Source: Syntrophales bacterium (GTDB lineage Bacteria; Desulfobacterota; Syntrophia; Syntrophales; UBA2210). Taken from it: a stretch of DNA of 64,000 bases. Below are positions 31,267 through 40,977 of this stretch, in pieces; position 1 is the first letter of the stretch; each line of letters begins with the position of its first letter. The stretch covers positions 448,001-512,000 of the forward strand of contig CAXXNF010000001.1 in NCBI GenBank assembly GCA_963666365.2. The letters are read 5' to 3'. The notes beneath the pieces were generated by a model. The model saw only the letters and a program-made list of their open reading frames with translations, made no database searches and was not told where the DNA came from. The position numbers were made by a program, and so were the translations under genes.

Positions 31267-32928
31267 ATGAATTTTGACATGAATACCAATAAGATTATTT
31301 CTCCCCTTCTTATTCTTTTTTTGGTCTTCTCCCTGTGGAATTGCGACTCATCGCCGCAGAAGGGAACCCCCGGGGAGCAGTCCACCGTAAACGATTCCGC
31401 GCCCGCCTATGGCGACATTATCGTGGTGGGTTCCATCGGCGACGCCTCAAATCTCATTCCCATTCTTTCTTCAGACAGCTCTTCTCACAGCATTTCCGGC
31501 CTTATCTTCAACGGACTGGTAAAATACGACAGGGATTTGAATCTGGTGGGCGATCTGGCGGAGTCGTGGGAAGTCTCCGAAGACGGCCTGACAATTACTT
31601 TTCACCTGAGAGAGGGGATCACCTGGCATGACGGAACACCCTTTACCGCCGACGACGTGCTTTACACCTACCAAGTCACCATAGATCCGAAGACTCCCAC
31701 CGCCTATGCCGGCGACTTTCTCAAGGTCACCACTGCGAAGGTGCTTGATCCCCACACCTTCCGCGTCACCTACGACAAACCCTTTGCGCCGGCCCTTTCG
31801 AGCTGGGGGGCATCGATTCTCCCAAGACATCTTCTGGAAGGAAAGGACATTACAAAAAGCCCACTGACCAGGCGTCCTGTCGGTACAGGACCATATATGT
31901 TTAAGGAGTGGGTGACGGGACAGAAAATCGTCCTTGCGGCAAATCCTCATTACTTTGAGGGGCGCCCCTACATTGACGGGTATATCATGCGCATAATTCC
32001 CGATATGGCAACTATGTTTCTGGAGCTGCGGGCTCAGGGAATCGACGAAATGAATCTTACGCCGCTCCAGTACACCAGGCAAACGGAAACCAATGTGTTT
32101 CGAAACAATTACAATAAATACAGATATCTTTCTTTCAGCTACACCTATCTCGGCTACAACCTGGAGAACCCGCTGTTTCAGGACAAACGGGTACGACAGG
32201 CCATCAGCCACGCAATCAACAAGCAGGAAATCATTGAGGGCATACTCCTGGGATTGGGACAGGAAGCAACAGGTCCCTTCAAGCCGGGATCGTGGGTTTA
32301 CAATCCCCATGTCAAGCGATACACCTATGACCCTAAAAAAGCGACAGATCTCCTTGCGCAATCTGGATGGCGCGACACCGATGGAGATGGCATCCTGGAT
32401 CGCGACGGCACACCCTTCGCCTTTGAAATCATCACCAACCAGGGTAATGAGGTGCGGGCCAAATGCGCCGAAATTATGCAGCGCCGTCTTGCCGACATCG
32501 GTCTTGCAGTCAAGATCCGAATTATCGAATGGGCCGCCTTCATCAACGAATTTATAAACAAGAAGCGCTTCGACGCCACAATCCTGGGCTGGACAATCAG
32601 CATGGACCCCGATCTTTACGATGTATGGCATTCGAGCAAGACAAAACCGGGGGAGCTGAATTTTATATCCTTTAAGAATGATGAAATGGACGACCTTCTC
32701 GAAAGGGGAAGAACCACCTTCGATCAAAAAGAAAGAAAAGTGTGTTACTCGCGAATACAGGAAATCCTTGCGGAGGAACAACCCTATACCTTCCTCTACG
32801 TCCCCGACGCCCTTCCCATCGTCAACAGCCGCTTTCACGGCATCGAACCGGCGCCCATCGGCATCAGCTACAATATGATCAAATGGTACGTACCGAAAGG
32901 ACAGCAGAAATATGTAATGACGAAGTAG
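31267..32928 (+). CDS. ABC peptide-binding lipoprotein (family 5 SBP)
   Basis: GDLAESWEVS, FHLREGITWHDG-PFTADDV, PVGTGPY; no permease genes adjacent. Confidence 0.9.
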   Translation: MNFDMNTNKIISPLLILFLVFSLWNCDSSPQKGTPGEQSTVNDSAPAYGDIIVVGSIGDASNLIPILSSDSSSHSISGLIFNGLVKYDRDLNLVGDLAESWEVSEDGLTITFHLREGITWHDGTPFTADDVLYTYQVTIDPKTPTAYAGDFLKVTTAKVLDPHTFRVTYDKPFAPALSSWGASILPRHLLEGKDITKSPLTRRPVGTGPYMFKEWVTGQKIVLAANPHYFEGRPYIDGYIMRIIPDMATMFLELRAQGIDEMNLTPLQYTRQTETNVFRNNYNKYRYLSFSYTYLGYNLENPLFQDKRVRQAISHAINKQEIIEGILLGLGQEATGPFKPGSWVYNPHVKRYTYDPKKATDLLAQSGWRDTDGDGILDRDGTPFAFEIITNQGNEVRAKCAEIMQRRLADIGLAVKIRIIEWAAFINEFINKKRFDATILGWTISMDPDLYDVWHSSKTKPGELNFISFKNDEMDDLLERGRTTFDQKERKVCYSRIQEILAEEQPYTFLYVPDALPIVNSRFHGIEPAPIGISYNMIKWYVPKGQQKYVMTK

Positions 32929-33023
32929 GAAAAGATAAAAAGCAGGAAGAGTAAGAAGTGTGTCATGCTTTTACTTTTCCTACTTTTAACCCTTTCTTAT
33001 CTTTCCCCCTTTTCTCACTTTCC

Positions 33024-34400
33024 CTACACCCTCAGGTTCCTGATCAGGAATTCCTTGAAGTCTTCATATCGGGCGGTCAGTTCAACGGGCACTCCCGTCC
33101 GTTCGTCCAGTCCTTGCATGCTTTCGGGCATTTCGGGCACGATGCCAAGGAGTGCGACGATTTCCTCGGGGAATTTTGCCGGATGAGCCGTCTCCAGAGA
33201 TACCGCAAGCGGAACATCTCGTCCTTTTTCACAATACAGTTCAAGACCACGCCACCCCACTGCACCGTGAGGCTCCAGAATTGTTCCGTACCGCTCATAG
33301 ACGCTCTTGATGCATTGCCGTGTCATCTCGTCCGTTACAGAAACGGAAAAAATGCGTTGACCCATCTCCTTGATGTCGGGCATGCGGTGCACCGTCCCTT
33401 TTCGATCCACCGTACCGCCGTAAAGTTCGAAAAATCGCGCCAGATTGCTGGGATGACCCACATTCATGGCATTTGAAAGACAGGCACGGGAGGGCGACAC
33501 TTTCTCATAACGCCCGGCGGCAAGAAAATTGGGAAACTCGTCGTTCTCGTTGGTCGGCATCACCAGTCTTTGCAGGGGAAGTCCCATTCTCCTCGCGTAT
33601 TCGCAGCCAAGGGCGTTGCCGAAATTTCCCGAGGGAACGGAAACAACGAGCTCCTCATTTTCATCGGCAAGCTGCGCATAGGCATAGACATAATACACCA
33701 TCTGAGGGAGAATCCTCCCGAAATTGATCGAGTTTGCCGACGTAAAATTGAGATAGGCGAGTTCCGGGTCGGTAAAGGCTTCTTTTACGAGATTCTGGCA
33801 GTCGTCAAATTTTCCATCAATGGAAACCGCCCTAACGTTTTCCCCAATGGTGTCGAGCTGCTTTTTCTGCCGACCGCTTACCTCGAGCCGGGGGTACAGT
33901 ATACACACATCGATCCCATCAACCCCCTTGAATGCCTCGCCCACGGCGCTTCCGGTATCGCCGGAGGTAGCGACCAGCACATTGAGCCTTGTTCCCCCGC
34001 CGTTGAAATAGCTCATGAGCCGCGCCATCATGCGGGCGGCAAAGTCCTTGAATGAAGCTGTCGGCCCCTGATCGAGACGCATTACATAGTGCCTGCCGAA
34101 GACACGCTCCAAAGGAACGTCGAAGGGATAGGAATCTTCGACAATGTGCTCAAGAACAGTGCGATCGATTTCATCATGAAGAAAGGCATAGGTTATCAGC
34201 AGGGCTGTTTCCTTGTAAGGCTTCCCCTTCAGGGCAAGAATATCCCTATGGGAGAGGTGGGGGATTCCATCGGGCATAAAAAGACCTTCATCGGGCGCCT
34301 GTCCCATAAGAAGGGCATCCTTGAAGCTGACGGCATCCCTGAACGGTGAAATCCCTGCACGGGATTCAAGATTTCTGTTGGTGCTGTAATATCGAATCAT
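33024..34400 (-). CDS. thrC: Threonine synthase
   Basis: GPTASFKDF (PLP lysine), VATSGDTGSA, SANSINFGR, VPSGNFGN, TAHPAKF. Confidence 0.95.
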   Translation of the reverse strand: MIRYYSTNRNLESRAGISPFRDAVSFKDALLMGQAPDEGLFMPDGIPHLSHRDILALKGKPYKETALLITYAFLHDEIDRTVLEHIVEDSYPFDVPLERVFGRHYVMRLDQGPTASFKDFAARMMARLMSYFNGGGTRLNVLVATSGDTGSAVGEAFKGVDGIDVCILYPRLEVSGRQKKQLDTIGENVRAVSIDGKFDDCQNLVKEAFTDPELAYLNFTSANSINFGRILPQMVYYVYAYAQLADENEELVVSVPSGNFGNALGCEYARRMGLPLQRLVMPTNENDEFPNFLAAGRYEKVSPSRACLSNAMNVGHPSNLARFFELYGGTVDRKGTVHRMPDIKEMGQRIFSVSVTDEMTRQCIKSVYERYGTILEPHGAVGWRGLELYCEKGRDVPLAVSLETAHPAKFPEEIVALLGIVPEMPESMQGLDERTGVPVELTARYEDFKEFLIRNLRV

Positions 34401-35335
34401 CCCTCGTTTCTTCCCCTTAACGGTTTCTGTTTCTCGAGGAATTTCAGGAACAGTGCATGGTGTCTTTTTATGGTAAACTGCTTTTTATAAATAAGATAAA
34501 AGTTCCTCTCGATGAAAGGCGCCGGAAGAGCCACCCGAGAAAGGATCCCCGCGTCCAGTTCTCTTTTTACCGCATGAATCGAGAGAATCGATACGCCCAG
34601 CCCTGCTGCTACGGCTTCCTTCACCGCCTCGGAACTTCCCAGTTCGCATACGACATTGAATTGCCCCAGTCCCTTTTTCACGGTCTCTTCCACGTGCGTC
34701 TCCAGTGACGCCCGTGTGGCGGAACCTCGTTCCCTCATCACAAAAGGTTCCTTTGTCACCTCATCCCAGGACACCTCTCTTCGTCCGCTCCAGGGGTGCC
34801 GTGCGGGAACGACGAGGATTATCTCATCTTCCCAGAGTGGCTCGGCAACAAGCTTCCGGCTTTTCACCTCTTTGCCCACAAAACCCAGCTCCGACTCTCC
34901 TTCAAGGACGCTGTCGATGACTGCGCCACTGTCGCCGGTGTGCACGAAACAGCAAATATCGGAATGCACCTGTCTGAAAGCGCTCAGAACGGGGGGAAGA
35001 AGATAGGTTGCCGGGATGGTGCTTGCGGCGATGGTTATTGTGCCGCTATCGAGCAATTGCAGGCGGGAAAGATGTTCCTCCGCTTCCCCGATATGCCTGA
35101 ATATTCGTTTGGCACAGTCGAGGAGGACTTTCCCCTCGGCGGTTACCTCGATGCCGGTATTCCTCCGCTCTACCACTCGGGAGCCGACAATATATTCCAT
35201 GTTTTGGATATGTTTAGAAAGAGAAGGCTGGGTCAGCCTCATCTTTTTCGCGGCACGGCTGAAGCTTCCCTCCTCGACAAGATGAAAGAGTGACTCCAGC
35301 TGCTGAATGGTAATCTGTCTCAATGGTCCGTTCAT
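34397..35335 (-). CDS. LysR family regulator, selenium metabolism-associated type
   Basis: HTH SFSRAAKKMRLTQPSLS, ASTIPATYLLP, RERGSATR, LGSSEAVKEAV; divergent from selD; start placed at MNGPL. Confidence 0.85.
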   Translation of the reverse strand: MNGPLRQITIQQLESLFHLVEEGSFSRAAKKMRLTQPSLSKHIQNMEYIVGSRVVERRNTGIEVTAEGKVLLDCAKRIFRHIGEAEEHLSRLQLLDSGTITIAASTIPATYLLPPVLSAFRQVHSDICCFVHTGDSGAVIDSVLEGESELGFVGKEVKSRKLVAEPLWEDEIILVVPARHPWSGRREVSWDEVTKEPFVMRERGSATRASLETHVEETVKKGLGQFNVVCELGSSEAVKEAVAAGLGVSILSIHAVKRELDAGILSRVALPAPFIERNFYLIYKKQFTIKRHHALFLKFLEKQKPLRGRNEG

Positions 35336-35535
35336 TTTGCTCACATACCACAGTAATTCCTTATAATCAATGATCATCCATAGAGATAATGCATTTGACA
35401 TATGCCCTCAATTTAGATAGGTTACGACCGTTCGAGCGTTGGGATCCTTATTGCCATTGCACACAAGGCAGAGACGCACCGTTCATTGCATCGGTAATAA
35501 AAATTATCTATAGGATCCAGAAAAAGGAAGCTCTC

Positions 35536-36588
35536 ATGGAGACATTGAAGACAATTCGCCTCACCGAAACGGTCCGGGGGGCCGGGTGAGCCTGTAAGAT
35601 CGGTCCGGGTGACCTGAATCGAGCATTATGCGGGCTTCCGCTTATGACTGATCCGAATTTAATTGCGGGAATCGAACACTGCGACGATGCAGGGGTTTAT
35701 AAAATAAACGACGATCTGGCCCTTATTCAGACCGTCGATTTCTTCACCCCTATCGTTGACGATCCCTACACCTTCGGACAGGTAGCGGTTGCGAATGCCC
35801 TATCCGATGTCTACGCCATGGGGGGAAAACCTTTAACGGCGCTGAATATCATCTGCTTTCCCATCAATACCATGGATATTTCCATACTCCACGAGGTGCT
35901 GAAGGGCGGCCTTCAGAAAATGCGCGAGGCGGGCGTTCTCCTCGTGGGAGGACACAGCGTTGAGGACAATGAAATTAAATACGGACTTTCCGTCACAGGA
36001 ACCATAGATCCCCGAAAAGTGCTTTTAAATCGGGGCGCCAGGGCGGGAGATATGCTTGTGCTCACCAAGCCCATAGGAACAGGCATTATCAATACGGCGC
36101 TGAAGGCAAAAATGGTCCCGGACGCACTGGTTGAAAAGGCAATACACTCTATGGCGGAACTCAACAAAGGGGCCGCCGAACTTATGAACTCATGCATGCA
36201 TGTCCACGCCTGCACCGATGTCACGGGTTTCGGCCTTCTGGGTCATGCCGCCGAGATGATCGAGGAAAGTGACGTAGGAATCGTGATATTTGCGAACCGG
36301 ATTCCTCTCTTTACGGAAATCAAAGATTTTGCGGAAATGGGAATTCTTCCCGGCGGTCTCCACCGCAACAGAAAATTCAGAGAGTCCATGGTGGAGCAAA
36401 AACCAACCTGCCCTGACTGGATCATGGATGCTCTTTACGATCCACAGACCTCAGGGGGCCTGCTCTTTTCATTGCCCAGGTCCGAAGCCGAGCCCCTGAT
36501 CAAAGCAATGCACAACGACGGAATTAGACACGCCGCTATTATCGGGGAGATAGTGCCGGAACCCAGGGGAAGAATCATTGTTAAATAG
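35536..36588 (+). CDS. selD: Selenide, water dikinase SelD, selenoprotein form (Sec at codon 18)
   Basis: METLKTIRLTETVRGAG-TGA(35587-35589)-ACKIGPGDL is in frame with ORF 35644-36588 (DDAGVY, QTVDFFTP, TDVTGFGLLGH, DPQTSGGLL). Confidence 0.96.
35598..35620 (+). promoter_or_regulatory. Putative bacterial SECIS element of selD
   Basis: GGTC-CGGGT-GACC hairpin with outer GAT/ATC pairing; G-rich loop starts 17 nt after the UGA. Confidence 0.65.
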
Positions 36589-36703
36589 AAAAAAGACTGA
36601 GTGATTTCAGGGTGTGATAAAAAAGCAGGCCGCGGTTTATGGGCGATAGGTTGCGGTTCTTAAAGAAAGAGCACCCTATCGCCGATCGCCTATGATCTGT
36701 CAT

Positions 36704-36994
36704 CTAAGTTTCGCTCTTGCTCTCCGAGGACGTTGCAGAGACTTCGCTCTTCTTGCCCGCTTCGACGGCTGCCGAGTCTTCAGCCTGCGCCTTTTCGGCA
36801 ATGTTTGAAGGTTTCTTCCCGCCGTAATCGGTTACGTACCATCCCGACCCTTTCAAATGAAAGGATGAGAGTGACATTAATTTGTTCACTTTCCCCTTGC
36901 AAAACTTGCAGGCCGTAACCGCCGGATCGCTGATACCCTGAAATACTTCGAATTCCTTCCCGCATTTTTCGCACTTGTACTCATAAATAGGCAT
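36704..36994 (-). CDS. FmdB family zinc-ribbon protein
   Basis: MPIYEYKCEKCG...CKFC...FHLKGSGWYVTDY. Confidence 0.93.
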   Translation of the reverse strand: MPIYEYKCEKCGKEFEVFQGISDPAVTACKFCKGKVNKLMSLSSFHLKGSGWYVTDYGGKKPSNIAEKAQAEDSAAVEAGKKSEVSATSSESKSET

Positions 36995-37024
36995 AGAAAT
37001 CGTCCTCCGCCATAGTAATATAGT

Positions 37025-37570
37025 TCAATTTAAAAGCCGCTCCTCCTCGGAAAATATATCTCCGATATGAAAGCGATCATTAAAACAATCTATCACGAGT
37101 TTCATTTCGCTCGTTGCAACAGGCCGCAGAATACTTCGCGTTATCGAATGAACCTTCTCTTCCTCTATTATCTTTTCTTCCAGAGGCGCGTCGAATTCGA
37201 TTTCACCCCCGTTGAACCGCGCCACATGCACTAGCTCATGTATGGCAATATACAACATCAACGGCGCGAGCTTGATGAAGGAGTTGCTCCGCTTTACCGC
37301 GTGCAGAATCCGGTCATCCTGAAGACAGACTTTGAAAAAATAAAAATTGTCAGGATGGTCGGCCTCGCCGTTTTTCTGATAATAGTAACGGCAAAGATGT
37401 GCGAAGGCTCGGTCGTTGATTTCGTGATCTTCAAGATCACGGCGGGTTTTCACTTCGTATTTATTATTTTTGAACCCGCCCCAGCCGAGGTGAAAATACT
37501 GTTCGGTCAGCTTTTCCGCCTGGCCGAATGACCAGCCGATCGTCGATATCTGTTCCGGACTGAAGTGCAT
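37025..37570 (-). CDS. Hypothetical protein with HExxH motif
   Basis: 181-aa ORF containing IAIHELVHVARF and a downstream EEEKV. Confidence 0.7.
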   Translation of the reverse strand: MHFSPEQISTIGWSFGQAEKLTEQYFHLGWGGFKNNKYEVKTRRDLEDHEINDRAFAHLCRYYYQKNGEADHPDNFYFFKVCLQDDRILHAVKRSNSFIKLAPLMLYIAIHELVHVARFNGGEIEFDAPLEEKIIEEEKVHSITRSILRPVATSEMKLVIDCFNDRFHIGDIFSEEERLLN

Positions 37571-37744
37571 ACCACATCGACCATCTATTCTTTCTTCAGC
37601 CGTAATATATACATTATTCTTCTCATGTCAAGAGCTAAAAAATGTAGGAAAAGTCTAATAAGTTAAAACGTTAGAAAAGCAAAACGCCATACACTCTTCA
37701 TACTTTTCTCACTTTTTTAACTTTTCTGACTTTGTGTACTTTCT

Positions 37745-39286
37745 TTACTTCGGCATCGGGAGACTCGAGAGGAGGTACTTCAGGTCTTCATCCTCGAAAA
37801 TGATGGACAGCCCCACAAAGGGGGATTCATTTCCCCCGTTGTTAATGAAATCGTCCCACCCCGCCGTGAGATAGACATGCTTGAAAAGCCGATAATCGGC
37901 ATATATCTTCAGGTGGGCATTACGATCATCGTCAAAATCGAAGGCCTCGAAGGTACACTTCAATTTGTCGTCAAGCGCGAAAAAGTCCATGCCGACACCA
38001 CCGGTAGATTCAAAAAATCCTCCCCGGAGGGCCACGTCCTTGAAGCGCTTTCCGATCTGTGCGTTAATCAGCAGGCCGCTTTTGTCGTATTCCTCATATC
38101 TTGTGGTCACACCGCCTACTGTCCTGTCGGTAACGGTCCTTCTGCCTCTGGGATCGGATACCGCACCCAGAATATAAAACATGTCTTCCCGGGGGTGAAT
38201 TCTCAGATTCACATAGCTCTTGGCGTTGCTTTTATCAACGAGGTATTCTCCCCGATAGGAAAGGAACGTACGCAACCGCTCAGCCCGTGAAATGTACCGT
38301 TCGATCCCCCCCATGCTTTTGTCGATGCTCTTCAATCCGGCGTTTAAATTGTTTACGGTCTCCTCATCATTGACCAGTTTACCGACGGTCCCCTCACCGG
38401 CATTGATCCTTCCCGTAATTTCACCCAGATAGGCCAGTGTCCGGTCAAGATTGTCGAAGAGGTCATCATTTGACACCAGTTTGCCGATGGTCCCTTCTCC
38501 CCTGTTTACCCGTTCGGCAATTTTATTCAGTGAAGATATCGTTTTGTTAAGATTGTCAAAGACTTCCCTGTTTTCAACCAACTGACCGATGGTCCCCTGC
38601 CCTCGGTTGATCTTGTCCGTGATTTCGCTCAGCGACGCAAAGGTCCTCTGCATCGATATCGATGCCTCATTCAAGTTAGTAACGAGGATATCGATTTTTT
38701 CGTCATTCTGTGCAACCACGCGGTTTAAATTTTCACTGAGTTCTTTCGTATTCCGGACAATGGCCGCCATATTGGCTTGTCCCTCTTCGCCGCTCAGCAC
38801 CTTTTTCAGGGAGGACGTCACAGCCATGACGTCGTTTGCAATAGTGCCCAATTCACGCATGAGTTTGTCGAGATCGGCCTGCGACTCCACCCGGGCTATC
38901 GTGCCGCCTTCTTCAATATACCCCTTTTCCCCCGTACCGGGTGCGATTTCGATGTATTTATCGCCCAGTATGCCATGGGTCTTGATCGATGCGATAACAT
39001 CCCTCTCCAGTTTTACGCCGGGAAGAATTCTCATGGTCACCTGCGCCCTGCCGTCTTTCAAGCCGATTTCATCAATCCGTCCCACTTCGACGCCGGCGAT
39101 CTGAACCGAGGCGTCCCGCTCGAGACCGGAGGCATTTTCGAAACTGACCGTCACGAGATACCCCTTTTTCAACCCGAAGCCATATTCGCCGACACGGAAG
39201 GACATATAGGCCAGAATGACCAGCGCCACCAGGACAAAGAGACCGACCTTCGCTTCAGTACTTATTGAACCCATTGAATCCCCCAT
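37745..39286 (-). CDS. mlaD: MCE/MlaD family protein, long form
   Basis: EAKVGLF TM, MCE domain (V-IAGVEVG, GILGDKYIEI), three GxGT(I/V)GxLV repeats, beta-rich C-terminus. Confidence 0.88.
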   Translation of the reverse strand: MGDSMGSISTEAKVGLFVLVALVILAYMSFRVGEYGFGLKKGYLVTVSFENASGLERDASVQIAGVEVGRIDEIGLKDGRAQVTMRILPGVKLERDVIASIKTHGILGDKYIEIAPGTGEKGYIEEGGTIARVESQADLDKLMRELGTIANDVMAVTSSLKKVLSGEEGQANMAAIVRNTKELSENLNRVVAQNDEKIDILVTNLNEASISMQRTFASLSEITDKINRGQGTIGQLVENREVFDNLNKTISSLNKIAERVNRGEGTIGKLVSNDDLFDNLDRTLAYLGEITGRINAGEGTVGKLVNDEETVNNLNAGLKSIDKSMGGIERYISRAERLRTFLSYRGEYLVDKSNAKSYVNLRIHPREDMFYILGAVSDPRGRRTVTDRTVGGVTTRYEEYDKSGLLINAQIGKRFKDVALRGGFFESTGGVGMDFFALDDKLKCTFEAFDFDDDRNAHLKIYADYRLFKHVYLTAGWDDFINNGGNESPFVGLSIIFEDEDLKYLLSSLPMPK

Positions 39287-39371
39287 TCATCACAAAACCA
39301 GCTATGTATATCATCGATAATATAATAAAATTCCTCGGCCGTCGATCTTCAGCCTCAACCCGTTGCCTTTT

Positions 39372-40127
39372 TCACATCACGCTGATGGGTCCCTCCAAAC
39401 TCCCCGTCAGAAACTGTTTGATTACGGGATTATCCGATTTTTTCATCTCTGCTGGAGTCCCTTGGGCAATGATCTTCCCATCATAGAGCATGGCAACCCG
39501 GTGCGCCACGGAGAAAATCGATTTGATATCATGACTGATCACCACACAGGTAAGGTTGAATTTCCTCTGCGTATCGAAAATCAGTGTGTCGATGGCTTCC
39601 GTCATGACCGGATCGAGACCGGTGGTAGGCTCATCGAAAAGGACGATGCGAGGCTCGATAGCGAGAGCGCGGGCGAGTCCAACCCGTTTTTTCATCCCGC
39701 CGGAAAGCTCCGAAGGCATCTTCTCTTCAATCCCCGAAAGCCCCACATCGTGAAGACGCTCCCTCACAATTTCGCGGATTTCAGCCTCTTTTTTCATAGT
39801 ATGCTCCCGCAGCGGGAAGGCCACGTTTTCCAGCACGTTCATGGAATCGAACAGCGCCGCTTCCTGAAAGAGCATGCCAAATTTCTTTCGCACTTCGTTC
39901 AGGTTTTTGTCATTCATCCGGGTAATATCACTGCCATCAACCACAACCTGTCCCCGTTCCGGTTTCAGAAGACCGATCATGTGTTTCAGAAGTACGCTTT
40001 TTCCGCCGCCGCTTCTGCCGATAATAATGGTCGTCATACCGTCCCCTATGGTAAGATTCAGACCATCCAGAACCTTCTGCCGTCCGAAGGATTTGTGTAT
40101 GTCGATCAGTTCTATCATACATTCCAC
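39372..40127 (-). CDS. mlaF: MlaF-type ABC ATPase
   Basis: GRSGGGKS, LSGGMKKRV, FDEPTTGLDP. Confidence 0.9.
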   Translation of the reverse strand: MECMIELIDIHKSFGRQKVLDGLNLTIGDGMTTIIIGRSGGGKSVLLKHMIGLLKPERGQVVVDGSDITRMNDKNLNEVRKKFGMLFQEAALFDSMNVLENVAFPLREHTMKKEAEIREIVRERLHDVGLSGIEEKMPSELSGGMKKRVGLARALAIEPRIVLFDEPTTGLDPVMTEAIDTLIFDTQRKFNLTCVVISHDIKSIFSVAHRVAMLYDGKIIAQGTPAEMKKSDNPVIKQFLTGSLEGPISVM

Positions 40128-40134
40128 TTGCCCT

Positions 40135-40953
40135 TCAAAACATGAGGGCCGTCAGAAAATAATCGCTGATGAGTATGGTAATGGAGGAAATAACCACGGC
40201 CTCGGTGGTGGCCTTCCCCACCCCTTCGGCGCCGCCGATGGTGGTGAATCCCTTGTAACATCCGATGAACGAAAGAATGAGACCGAAGACCGCCGCCTTG
40301 ATCAACCCGTTATAGATATCCCCCAGATCCACGAATTTGGGTATATTTTTAACAAACATCCCCTTGTTGATATCGAGAAGCACCACTCCTACAAAATAGG
40401 AGCCTACTATTCCCACGAAATCCGATACGACGGTGAGCGCCGGAAGCATGACAACGCCGGCCAGGACTCTCGGCACAATAAGGTGTTTTACGGGGTTGGC
40501 CGCCATGACATAGAGCGCATCGATCTGTTCGGTCACCTTCATGGTGCCCAGTTCGGCGGCCATTGCCGAACCGGCCCGGGCTGTCACCATGAGCGAGGTC
40601 AACACCGGTCCAAGCTCGCGTGTCATGGCAAGCGCCACGGTGGAACCGACCAGGCTTTCGGCGCTGAACATGCGAAATCCATAATATCCCTGCAAGGTCA
40701 TCACCATACCGGTAAAAAGTCCCGTCAGCACCACTACAAAAATCGACTTTACCCCCACGAACTCAATCTGTTTGAAAATGTGACGCAGCTTGAGAGGCGG
40801 CCGCACCGTCCAGCTGAGAACGGACAGAAAAAGAATCAGCATGCGTCCCATCTCCTCCACCACATGGAGTACGGAACGGCCAAAACTGTCGATAAGGGCG
40901 ATAACACTCCTCATGATCCACCACGGATTGGAGCCGCCATACCCCATATCCAC
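40135..40953 (-). CDS. mlaE: MlaE-type ABC permease
   Basis: RELGPVLT, AELGTMKVTEQIDAL, GAEGVGKATT. Confidence 0.92.
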   Translation of the reverse strand: MDMGYGGSNPWWIMRSVIALIDSFGRSVLHVVEEMGRMLILFLSVLSWTVRPPLKLRHIFKQIEFVGVKSIFVVVLTGLFTGMVMTLQGYYGFRMFSAESLVGSTVALAMTRELGPVLTSLMVTARAGSAMAAELGTMKVTEQIDALYVMAANPVKHLIVPRVLAGVVMLPALTVVSDFVGIVGSYFVGVVLLDINKGMFVKNIPKFVDLGDIYNGLIKAAVFGLILSFIGCYKGFTTIGGAEGVGKATTEAVVISSITILISDYFLTALMF

Positions 40954-40977
40954 TGAACGGGGCGTCGGTTGTGCATA

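Noticed and set aside
31471..32838. Long antisense ORFs (455 aa here; also 39874-40956, 46448-47668, 55917-56765)
   Set aside because: They are shadows of well-supported genes on the opposite strand and have no recognisable motifs.
38380..38620. Repeated sequence inside mlaD as a possible CRISPR or mobile repeat
   Set aside because: It encodes three in-frame GxGT(I/V)GxLV protein repeats; there is no repeat-spacer structure.
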